DNA from: Enterococcus caccae ATCC BAA-1240
Lineage (GTDB): Bacteria > Bacillota > Bacilli > Lactobacillales > Enterococcaceae
Assembly: GCF_000407145.1 (NCBI RefSeq)
Contig: NZ_KE136472.1
Location: 577,658 to 601,657 of the forward strand
DNA: 24,000 nucleotides
Reading direction: 5' to 3'
The notes beneath the pieces were generated by a model. It did no database searches. It was not told the origin of the DNA and saw nothing but the letters and a program-made list of their open reading frames with translations. Shown one piece after another: positions 15,926 through 23,358 of the stretch (its first letter is position 1; each line of letters starts with the position of its first letter). The translations under genes were made by a program, and so were the position numbers.

Positions 15926-17077
15926 TTGTTTCTACCGATGATGAAACAAGAAAATCCTGCCTTGATAGACGCAGGAATTTATTTACACCAAACTGGACAA
16001 ATTCTTCCCGATACTTACATTTTAGACTTAGATACAATTCGTATGAATGGTGCAGTGATGTTAGAGAACGCCAAGAAAATCGGCCTCGAACTGTTTTTTA
16101 TGCTAAAACAAATTGGTCGAAATCCGTTGATTGCAAAAGAATTAATGGCTATCGGGTATCGTGGTGCCGTGGTAGTCGATTTTAAAGAAGCGCTGCTCAT
16201 GATGGAAAATCATATTCCTCTCTGTAATGTTGGGCACTTAGTGCAAATACCAGATCAGCTCGTAGAAAAGATTATGGTATACGGTGCGGAATATATCACT
16301 GTTTTTTCCCTTGAAAAATTAGAGCAGATCAATGCAGTAGCTCAAAAATTAGGAATCAAGCAAAAGGTTTTGCTAAAAGTAGTTGCCAAAGCGGATCAAC
16401 TGTATGAAGGGCAATTTGGCGGTTTCTTATTAGAGGATCTTGCTAAAAAAAGTAAACACTTACATGAGTTCTTGGCCATTGAGTTTAGCGGCATTACCTC
16501 TTTTCCTTGTTTTTTATTTGATGATACACACACCACTTTATCACGAACAAACAATGTTGAAACAATCGAAAAAGCGAGAGCTATTTTGCAAAAAGCAGGT
16601 TTTGCGGTGCCAGAATTAAATGTTCCATCTGCGTCATGTAGTGAAACGTTTCCGTTTATTAAAGAAATTGGTGGAACACAAGCTGAACCAGGGCATGCGC
16701 TGACTGGAACGACGCCATTGCATGCGTATAAAGTACAGCCAGAAAAACCGGCCTTGGTTTATGTAAGTGAAATATCCCATAATTTTAAAGGAAAAGCCTA
16801 TTTTTATGGCGGTGGCTACTATCGTAGAGGTCATTTGAATTCAGTGCTAATTGATGAAGCAAACACTCGCATAGAGGATCAAGTTGAACCATTTTCAGAT
16901 GAAAGTATTGATTATTATCTTTCTACCTCAGTGGAACATCATGTTGGCGCAACCGTTATTGCGGCTTTTCGTACGCAACTATTTGTCACGAGAAGTGATG
17001 TGGCTATTGTAAAAGGGGTTAGTAAAAGGACACCAGAAATTGTCGCGATTTTTGATAGTCAAGGAAGAAGGATTTAA
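15926..17077 (+). CDS. yhfX: YhfX-like protein (alanine racemase-like fold-type-III PLP barrel)
   Basis: TTG start at 15926, 5 nt after AAGGGGGGA (15912-15920); ATG 15938 is an alternative. The 383-aa size and context match YhfX. The family call comes from memory and is not verified. Confidence 0.6.
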   Translation: MFLPMMKQENPALIDAGIYLHQTGQILPDTYILDLDTIRMNGAVMLENAKKIGLELFFMLKQIGRNPLIAKELMAIGYRGAVVVDFKEALLMMENHIPLCNVGHLVQIPDQLVEKIMVYGAEYITVFSLEKLEQINAVAQKLGIKQKVLLKVVAKADQLYEGQFGGFLLEDLAKKSKHLHEFLAIEFSGITSFPCFLFDDTHTTLSRTNNVETIEKARAILQKAGFAVPELNVPSASCSETFPFIKEIGGTQAEPGHALTGTTPLHAYKVQPEKPALVYVSEISHNFKGKAYFYGGGYYRRGHLNSVLIDEANTRIEDQVEPFSDESIDYYLSTSVEHHVGATVIAAFRTQLFVTRSDVAIVKGVSKRTPEIVAIFDSQGRRI

Positions 17078-17079
17078 AA

Positions 17080-18291
17080 ATGAGCCGATTTATAATTAAT
17101 GTTTTAGACAGTTTTGGCGTAGGAGCAATGAGGGATGTGCCGCTTGTCAGACCAGCAGATAATGGTTCAAACACAGCGAAGCATATTATAGAAAACGTTC
17201 CGACAATTGCGATCCCCACATTGGAAACCCTTGGATTGATGAATATTTTAGATTTTGAAACAGAAGAACTCAAATTCTCACCAAAAGCAAATTACGGAAA
17301 AGCGAATTTAACTCATCATGGTGCTGATTCATTTTTAGGTCATCAAGAGATTTCTGGAACGACGCCAAAAGAACCTTTAAACCAAGCGTTCAATGAAGTG
17401 ATTGATGAAGTTTTCGAGCATTTGAAAGCCAAAGGGTATCAGGTTCGCTATGTAGGAGAAATAGATGAGCCTAAGATTCTAGTCGTAAATGAAGTGGCTA
17501 CAATTGGTGATAACTTAGAAACGGATTTAGGTCAAGTTTTTAATGTTTCAGCAGCACTTGATGATAGTTCATTTGAAGATGTGACTGTTTTAGGAAAAAC
17601 TGTCCGAGAAGTGGTCAAAGTATCTAGAGTGATTACATTTGGCGGACATGGCATCCATTTGGCTGATTTATTAGCTGCTAGAACCGTGATTGGTAAATTC
17701 GCTGGAGTGGATGCACCAAAATCAGGTGTTTATAATAATGATTATCATGTCATTCATCTTGGGTATGGTATTGATCCGAATGTTCAAATTCCGACGATTT
17801 TAGATCAAGCAGATATTCCCGTAGCATTATTTGGCAAAGCAGCTGACATTATTCAAACATCTAGTGAAAAGCTGTTTCCAGGTGTCGATACAGAAGAATT
17901 ATATGATAAGCTGATTGCAGAAGTGAAAGCGAATGAAGAGGGGTTATTCTTCATGAATATCCAAGAAACGGATTTGGCTGGACATGCAGAAGATGTTCAG
18001 CGTTATGCTGATCGGTTAGAAGTCAGCGATATGAAACTAGCAGAATTAATTCCTCTTTTAAATCAAGGAGACCTGCTAATCGTAATGGCTGATCATGGGA
18101 ATGATCCAACAATTGGTCATAGCCAACATACGCGGGAATTTGTGCCCTTGTTGGTTTACAGTCCAGGCATAGAAGGAAAAGTGATAGGTGAAAGAGAAAC
18201 GATGGCAGATGTGGCAGCTACAGCAGCAGAATTTTTTGATGTAAGAATGCCACAAAATGGTGGATCATTTCTTCAAAAATTGAGAAGTTGA
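17080..18291 (+). CDS. yhfW: YhfW-like mutase (phosphopentomutase / alkaline-phosphatase-core metalloenzyme)
   Basis: It has the N-terminal VLDSFGVGAM, then ETDLAGHAED and MADHGNDPT, which are the metal-binding motifs of the DeoB-type phosphopentomutase superfamily. Length is 403 aa. Confidence 0.78.
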   Translation: MSRFIINVLDSFGVGAMRDVPLVRPADNGSNTAKHIIENVPTIAIPTLETLGLMNILDFETEELKFSPKANYGKANLTHHGADSFLGHQEISGTTPKEPLNQAFNEVIDEVFEHLKAKGYQVRYVGEIDEPKILVVNEVATIGDNLETDLGQVFNVSAALDDSSFEDVTVLGKTVREVVKVSRVITFGGHGIHLADLLAARTVIGKFAGVDAPKSGVYNNDYHVIHLGYGIDPNVQIPTILDQADIPVALFGKAADIIQTSSEKLFPGVDTEELYDKLIAEVKANEEGLFFMNIQETDLAGHAEDVQRYADRLEVSDMKLAELIPLLNQGDLLIVMADHGNDPTIGHSQHTREFVPLLVYSPGIEGKVIGERETMADVAATAAEFFDVRMPQNGGSFLQKLRS

Positions 18292-18389
18292 TTTTGGGAT
18301 GAACAGGCATAAAAAAATTCAATTTCTTGATAGAACAGGTAGTTTATTAATTTTCGGAAATAAAACGTCAGCTATTTAATTGTCAAAAA

Positions 18390-18427
18390 GCCAAGTGGTA
18401 TCTGAATTAGAAATCACTGGGCTTTTT
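18390..18427 (+). terminator. Terminator of the php/yhf operon
   Basis: GCCAAGTGGT (18390-18399) pairs with ATCACTGGGC (18413-18422) with two mismatches. TTTTT follows at 18423-18427. Confidence 0.5.
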
Positions 18428-18781
18428 GATGTCTTTGTACTGCCAAAAATGATCTGAAAAAATTACATATTGAAAAAAGGATTTGATTTGTTCAATAAGG
18501 CATAATACAATTAGAATGCCAAGAAATTAGCAGTTACTCTCTTCTGATTGTCACGATGATTCAGGAAAATTAGGAGTCTTTTTTATTACTAGGTAAAAGA
18601 GTGGTAATTTTTGAATAATACGTATCGAATATATAGTTTGTACGCCATGATAGTTGACTTACTTATTACTTATAAAAAAGTGAAGACATGAACAATATAT
18701 CTTTTAGGTTAAAGTAAATGAAGAGGATTTGCAAAACAAAAATAAAAGAGAAAATCACTGTTTTAAGGAGGGAATACAAAA

Positions 18782-20464
18782 ATGACATCTAATAAACACA
18801 AAAAGTCTCTATTTATTGAAAAACAACTAGAAACTAAAAATGTATTACCTACCGAACTTACTAATCGTTTCGAGCTCTACCCTGAAAATAAACGACGTCC
18901 AGTGAATAAAACATTGTTTAAAAATGATTATTTCCAATTAACCTACAATTTAAAAGCAGATTCGTTAAATGTATCTTCTAGAGGCGATCTTGTCTATTCA
19001 GCGATACCGTATGATACTGCTAGAAACTATATACAACGCGCTGCAATTCAGTATTTACTCTACCCAGATGCAGCTCGACAATACATCGAATCTCACAAAG
19101 AAAATTTAGAAACCTATCTTAGGCTAAGTATTTTCCAAGTAACGAATAAAAAAGTGGATAAAAACTCCTTAAAAGTAATGCAGGCGTATAATGCTATATT
19201 CGAGGATCCGCTATTTGAGATTCAGATTCTAGGACGTTTGCTCCAACATGATGAAACAGGAGCTCTTTCTGCTAATCTTGCTGGGAAATTTTTGTTTAGT
19301 GAAAATGTAAAAACAGGAATATCAGGGTATGTTTCTGAATATCTTAATTTTGTCGTTCAGTTGACTCAAACTTTACCTATAATAACGGATGGCAAAAATG
19401 TCCAACTATTAAAATCAGATATACCAAAAAGTGTTGTATCGGATACATATTTAACCGTAGACTCAGCTATTGAACAAGGATTAGAGTTACTTCCTCAAGA
19501 GGTAAAACAAACGATAGAAAGCTCGATTGTTGTTGCAAAACAAGCTGCACCTGTAAAGAGTAAGTTACTTCTACGATCAGAATTTGGCAAAGAACTAGCT
19601 GAAGTTAGAGAAAATTATGTTGCACACAGTGTTGATCCTAGAGAATTAGAGCCATACTTTAAAAATGTCCTTCCAACCGAAAATACAAATTTAATAAATG
19701 TTGTTTCTGATATCCATACGACGGATGGCGAACTTCCATTCACTAATAAATATTTTAACGTTTTTGCTGGTGATATTTCAGATTCTTCTGTTGTTAACAA
19801 TGATATTAAAGGACTCTACGTTATAGGTAATCACGAATTAGCAGCAGTATTGCCAAAAAGTCAGAATATAGAAAATGAAGAGTGGGAAAAATGGCGGCCA
19901 TTTTTTAAAAATGAGTGGTTTCAAAATCTGATGCGAAATCCAGATGAGTCCTGGTACAAGTTGCCTACGGGAAATCATATCTATTATGAATGTGTAAAAG
20001 TCGAACTCGAAAAACGATTTCCAAAAATGAATGTACTAAATAACGAAAGTGTTATTTATAAAGGTATTCGCTATATTGGTCTGACAATTCCAGTAGTGCT
20101 AGTAAGAAGAAAAAAAGCACAACAAACATTTATCCTTAAGGCATTGGCCCAATTATTAAACGAAGAGTATGATATCCCAACAGTAATCGTTTCTCATGCG
20201 CCTTTATTTAATGAACTTAGTATGCTTTCACCTGATAGCACAGCATATAACAAAGACTATATTTGTTTAGAACCCAAAATCAAAGCGCTGTTTAAACAAT
20301 ATAATATAATTGGAGTTATTCATGGTCATCATCATATACCAGCATCTTCTGGAAGATATAAAATGGTGACATTTGCTGGCAAGGAGCTTTTTGTTGTTTG
20401 CTCGATTTACTCCAAAATCAATACTGGATTTGAGCTGGAAAGTTTGCTTAGTGTTGAAAAATAG
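18782..20464 (+). CDS. Cytoplasmic protein with a C-terminal calcineurin-like metallophosphoesterase domain and an unrecognised N-terminal domain of about 310 aa
   Basis: AAGGAGGG RBS and ATG 18782. The full MPE motif set is present in order: VVSDIHT (DxH), AGDISD (GD), VIGNHE (GNHE), VSHAPL (H), IHGHHH (GHxH). There is no signal peptide or TM segment. Confidence 0.8.
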   Translation: MTSNKHKKSLFIEKQLETKNVLPTELTNRFELYPENKRRPVNKTLFKNDYFQLTYNLKADSLNVSSRGDLVYSAIPYDTARNYIQRAAIQYLLYPDAARQYIESHKENLETYLRLSIFQVTNKKVDKNSLKVMQAYNAIFEDPLFEIQILGRLLQHDETGALSANLAGKFLFSENVKTGISGYVSEYLNFVVQLTQTLPIITDGKNVQLLKSDIPKSVVSDTYLTVDSAIEQGLELLPQEVKQTIESSIVVAKQAAPVKSKLLLRSEFGKELAEVRENYVAHSVDPRELEPYFKNVLPTENTNLINVVSDIHTTDGELPFTNKYFNVFAGDISDSSVVNNDIKGLYVIGNHELAAVLPKSQNIENEEWEKWRPFFKNEWFQNLMRNPDESWYKLPTGNHIYYECVKVELEKRFPKMNVLNNESVIYKGIRYIGLTIPVVLVRRKKAQQTFILKALAQLLNEEYDIPTVIVSHAPLFNELSMLSPDSTAYNKDYICLEPKIKALFKQYNIIGVIHGHHHIPASSGRYKMVTFAGKELFVVCSIYSKINTGFELESLLSVEK

Positions 20465-20512
20465 ATAGACAGATAAAGATGATTGATGTATCTTTATCTG
20501 TCTATCTATTTT
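20461..20512 (+). terminator. Terminator with a perfect 20-bp stem
   Basis: ATAGATAGACAGATAAAGAT (20461-20480) is the exact reverse complement of 20490-20509. The loop is 9 nt and TTT follows at 20510-20512. The left arm overlaps the TAG stop at 20462-20464. Confidence 0.65.
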
Positions 20513-20727
20513 GTAATAACTCTGGTTATGCCTACAACTTTGTCCATCTAAATATAAAGAGGATGGAAGAGAAGTGTTTAACTCCGAGAAATAAGAGGAA
20601 AGTTATGGCAATTTCTCTTCAACTTTTTATGCATTCCGACTCATTTCTGAAGGAGTTGCTTCTGCTCTCACCGCTTGTTTGGGTTCCTTGTGCCTGGGAT
20701 GTGACTCATAGAGTAATGTCCCAGATA

Positions 20728-21531
20728 CTACTGTAAGCTTTTTGCTAAGTTATCGGTAATCTCTTTCAGACTATCTCGATAACCAATCAGAAAGTCGACT
20801 AATGAATCTTTGCCAATTAAACGTTTATTTCCGTATTTTTCGTACTGCTTTTTTTGTTCTTCAAAAGAGGCATCATATTGTTTTTTCTGTTCCTCAAAAC
20901 TTGTTTGATTATATAAAATAGTATCTTTAATCATATTTTCGTAATCAGCAAAATAATTGTTAATGATAGCTTGATACATACTTAAATAATCTTGATACGT
21001 TTTGATTGAGTTTATCGTTTGATCGGACACATCTGTAGCTTCAAATGCTTGTGCCTGTGATTCTTGGGATGTGACGCCTTCCTCGTTTTTTATGCTAGAA
21101 GATTCTTCAGTTGAATGTGCCTCAGTTTGAGTTCCATCAAAATCATGGTCAGAATAACCAACGATTATAGTTGCGCCTTTATCCGCATAAAACCCATGTT
21201 TATCACCAACAGATTTAGTATCATAATAATTGACAGCACCTTGGTCACTAGAAATTTGATTACATTCATCTTTTCTTAAAAAACGTTTATTGTACTGCGC
21301 AGCATCATCAAAGTTTGCAATGACGAATTTTGGTTTTAATCCGACAGAATCGAATTCGGCTGTTACTTGTTCTTTTGTTTTAAAATATGTTTCAGGGATT
21401 TTAACTTTTCCTTTCAAAACAGTCTCTGTATTTTTAATGAGTTCGTCATGCTGACTTTTTTTAGACTGTCCACAAGCGGAAAGCAATAGTAAGCTTGTCA
21501 ATAAAGATAAAAAAATCACTCCTTTTTTCAA
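20728..21531 (-). CDS. Lipoprotein of unknown function
   Basis: The lipobox is LLLSAC in (M)KKGVIFLSLLTSLLLLSACGQ. I prefer TTG 21531, which has AAGGAG 9 nt upstream and lies 4 nt after the upstream stop. ATG 21561 from the track has no SD and would overlap the upstream gene by 26 nt. The C-terminal region holds the tandem motif SFEEQKKQY twice. Confidence 0.75.
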   Translation of the reverse strand: MKKGVIFLSLLTSLLLLSACGQSKKSQHDELIKNTETVLKGKVKIPETYFKTKEQVTAEFDSVGLKPKFVIANFDDAAQYNKRFLRKDECNQISSDQGAVNYYDTKSVGDKHGFYADKGATIIVGYSDHDFDGTQTEAHSTEESSSIKNEEGVTSQESQAQAFEATDVSDQTINSIKTYQDYLSMYQAIINNYFADYENMIKDTILYNQTSFEEQKKQYDASFEEQKKQYEKYGNKRLIGKDSLVDFLIGYRDSLKEITDNLAKSLQ

Positions 21532-21535
21532 CTGT

Positions 21536-21796
21536 TTACGCTCCTTTCGGTCTTTTTTCATTTTTGGGTAAAACTAGTAATATAACAATCGGAACAACTA
21601 GAAATAAGATCATAGAGTTCATTGCTCGGGCATCTGAATTTGATAAGCTAAATAGATTATTTTGCCAATTATTAATAAAAATTCCTAGAGCGTCGTATTT
21701 ATTCATTGTATAAAATAAAGCAACGCTACCTATTATGTCCAAAATAATCACAATAACGCAAAGAACCCTAACTATTTTACCAACCACATTTTTCAT
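21536..21796 (-). CDS. Small membrane protein (86 aa, 2 TM), co-transcribed with the lipoprotein
   Basis: AGAGGAA RBS upstream of ATG 21796. The TM segments are VRVLCVIVIILDIIGSVALFY and MILFLVVPIVILLVL. Confidence 0.55.
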   Translation of the reverse strand: MKNVVGKIVRVLCVIVIILDIIGSVALFYTMNKYDALGIFINNWQNNLFSLSNSDARAMNSMILFLVVPIVILLVLPKNEKRPKGA

Positions 21797-22141
21797 TTTT
21801 CAATTCCTCTTTTCAAGATATAATTTTGTTACAAAATGATTATACCATTTTTTTAAAAGAGAATTATATCAATTTATAAAGCTAATTCTAAAAAAATTGA
21901 TTCTACTATAGCACAAATAAATAACATTGATCCTAAATCTGAAATGAATAGTACAAAAAAGTAGTTTGGTCAAAGTTGGAGTGTATTTAGATTAGAATGG
22001 AACACCCAGATATTTATAGATTCTCTGATTGAGCGAGAATGATCCTGACACTTTGATATCGATAGTGGGATCAAAGATATTATATGTACACTAAAAATGA
22101 GATGAAGAAGATATGTATGAAGAAACTATAATGCTTACTTA

Positions 22142-22171
22142 TTGTAAGTGGTTTTTTTACATGCTATAATG
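22142..22171 (+). promoter_or_regulatory. Extended -10 sigma-A promoter of the DoxX gene
   Basis: TTGTAA (22142-22147), an 18-nt spacer, then TGcTATAAT (22163-22171). Confidence 0.6.
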
Positions 22172-22201
22172 AACCATCAATTAAAGGAGGTAAAGACGTT
22201 T

Positions 22202-22585
22202 ATGCAGCTAAAAAATGCAACAAGCACAAGTCTTCTATTATTAAGAATAACATTAGGGATTACGATGGCTATCCATGGTGTGGCGAAGTTTTCAGATCTT
22301 AAAGGAACAACCGAATTTTTTGCTAGCCTAGGTTTACCAAGCTTCATGCCAGTTATTATAGCGTTGATTGAAGTGGTAGGTGGTATTTTTATGATTATTG
22401 GCCTTTTAGTACCGCTAGTTGCACTAGGGTTTATTGCAATTTTAGGATCCGCTATTTTTATGTTAAAATCTGGCAGTGGCTTTGTTGGTGGATTTGAATT
22501 AGAAGTGCTATTAATTGTTATGTCTATTGTTTGTGGTTACTCACATTTCAATAAAAAAATAATTCAATTCATACCACCAGCTTAG
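22202..22585 (+). CDS. DoxX family membrane protein
   Basis: AAAGGAGG at 22183-22190 and ATG 22202. The 127-aa protein has about 4 TM segments, and LLLLRITLGITMAIHGVAKF is typical of the DoxX N-terminus. Confidence 0.75.
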   Translation: MQLKNATSTSLLLLRITLGITMAIHGVAKFSDLKGTTEFFASLGLPSFMPVIIALIEVVGGIFMIIGLLVPLVALGFIAILGSAIFMLKSGSGFVGGFELEVLLIVMSIVCGYSHFNKKIIQFIPPA

Positions 22586-22628
22586 TTTAAATAGATTGAA
22601 AATAAGCAAGTAAATTACGACTAAAGAT

Positions 22629-22670
22629 GAGACTGGGACATAGCTCTTTGAGTTATACCTCAGTCTTTTT
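22629..22670 (+). terminator. Terminator after the DoxX gene
   Basis: GAGACTGGG (22629-22637) pairs with CCTCAGTCT(T) (22658-22667) including G-U pairs. A T run follows, ending at 22670. Confidence 0.5.
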
Positions 22671-22843
22671 GATTGTATATAAACGTTGAGTGCAAAAGCT
22701 GCTTTGCATATTTCTCGGATCTAACTATTTCTGTCCTAACTAGCAAGGACTCTATTGCAGCGGACAAGTTATAGTTGTTGATTTAAAAAGTCTCCCTTAA
22801 TAATCTATCTATATTATTATTTACTACTAGTGATCAATAGTAG

Positions 22844-22936
22844 GCAGATTCATCGATAAGAGCTAAACAAGTAATAAATAAACCATAGAAACAGTAGGGG
22901 TTGAATGCATTACTTTGATTCGTCACATATGATTGC
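22844..22936 (-). CDS. Candidate 30-aa hydrophobic small ORF (speculative)
   Basis: A perfect AAGGAGG lies on the minus strand (22952-22946), with a 9-nt spacer to GTG 22936 and TGA ending at 22844: MTNQSNAFNPYCFYGLFITCLALIDESAYY*. I identified no promoter. The ATG at 22938 is immediately followed by TGA. Confidence 0.2.
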
Positions 22937-22988
22937 CTCCTTGCCAATCGTTTTTTGCGAAAGGACTACTTCAAAATAAAGAGGCTGA

Positions 22989-23189
22989 ATTGTATCGTCA
23001 AATGAGGTCACGTTATGTTCAAATAATCTGGAAATTACCATAAAAGTGAAGAACTATAATGACCAGACCAATGATGTATGCTTACCAAGGATTGCTTGTT
23101 TATTGGATCATATCAATAGATTGCTGGAACACGCTGCTATCTATAATGACAACGTAAATATGTTAAAAACTATAAAAGGAGTTCGTTGA
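22989..23189 (+). pseudogene. Start-less open frame, possibly the C-terminal remnant of a decayed gene
   Basis: The frame is open from just after a TGA (22986-22988) to TGA 23187-23189: ...NLEITIKVKNYNDQTNDVCLPRIACLLDHINRLLEHAAIYNDNVNMLKTIKGVR*. The composition is protein-like and helical, but there is no usable start or RBS. A neighbouring frame carries AKGLLQNKEAELYRQMRSRYVQ before a stop. Confidence 0.2.
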
Positions 23190-23299
23190 AAAATAAAACC
23201 TGATGCTAAAGATGTTATCACCTAAAAAAATGTTAGCGTATCATAACACTCTGATTGTTATTTAAAATACACTAAAATAAAGATATCTCCGATATTCGC

Positions 23300-23330
23300 T
23301 TGACAATTGTGCAGATATTCTCAATAATAT
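23300..23330 (+). promoter_or_regulatory. Candidate promoter of the MerR-family gene, possibly with a long spacer
   Basis: TTGACA (23300-23305) is followed by AATAAT at 17 nt, ATAATA at 18 nt and TAATAT (23325-23330) at 19 nt. The palindrome ACAATTGT (23303-23310) overlaps the -35. Confidence 0.45.
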
Positions 23331-23358
23331 AAGTGGCTGCGAGTAATGGAGATGTCTA

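Noticed and set aside
20479-20736. Track ORF of 85 aa (MIDVSLSVYLFCNNSGYAYNF...).
   Set aside because: It starts inside the loop of the 20-bp terminator hairpin, has no RBS and crosses several inverted repeats. I treat the region as non-coding; see the finding on 20461-20727.
2209-21713. Antisense or overlapping track ORFs: 2209-2487(-), 4958-5308(-), 8145-8414(-), 9863-10156(+), 10250-10483(+), 11072-11257(-), 11259-11450(-), 12108-12443(-), 12500-12742(-), 13144-13353(-), 13769-14014(-), 16015-16200(-), 16634-16834(-), 17019-17273(-), 19615-19800(-), 21495-21713(+).
   Set aside because: Each lies inside or opposite a longer ORF that has clear family motifs. They lack RBSs and have low-complexity or odd composition. 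They are shadow ORFs.
10908-22201. Longest-ORF 5' extensions of several genes: 10908-10928, 11278-11301, 12453-12632, 3599-3637 and 22148-22201.
   Set aside because: In each case an internal ATG with a well-spaced SD gives the N-terminus expected for the family. The extensions also overlap the upstream gene or the promoter.
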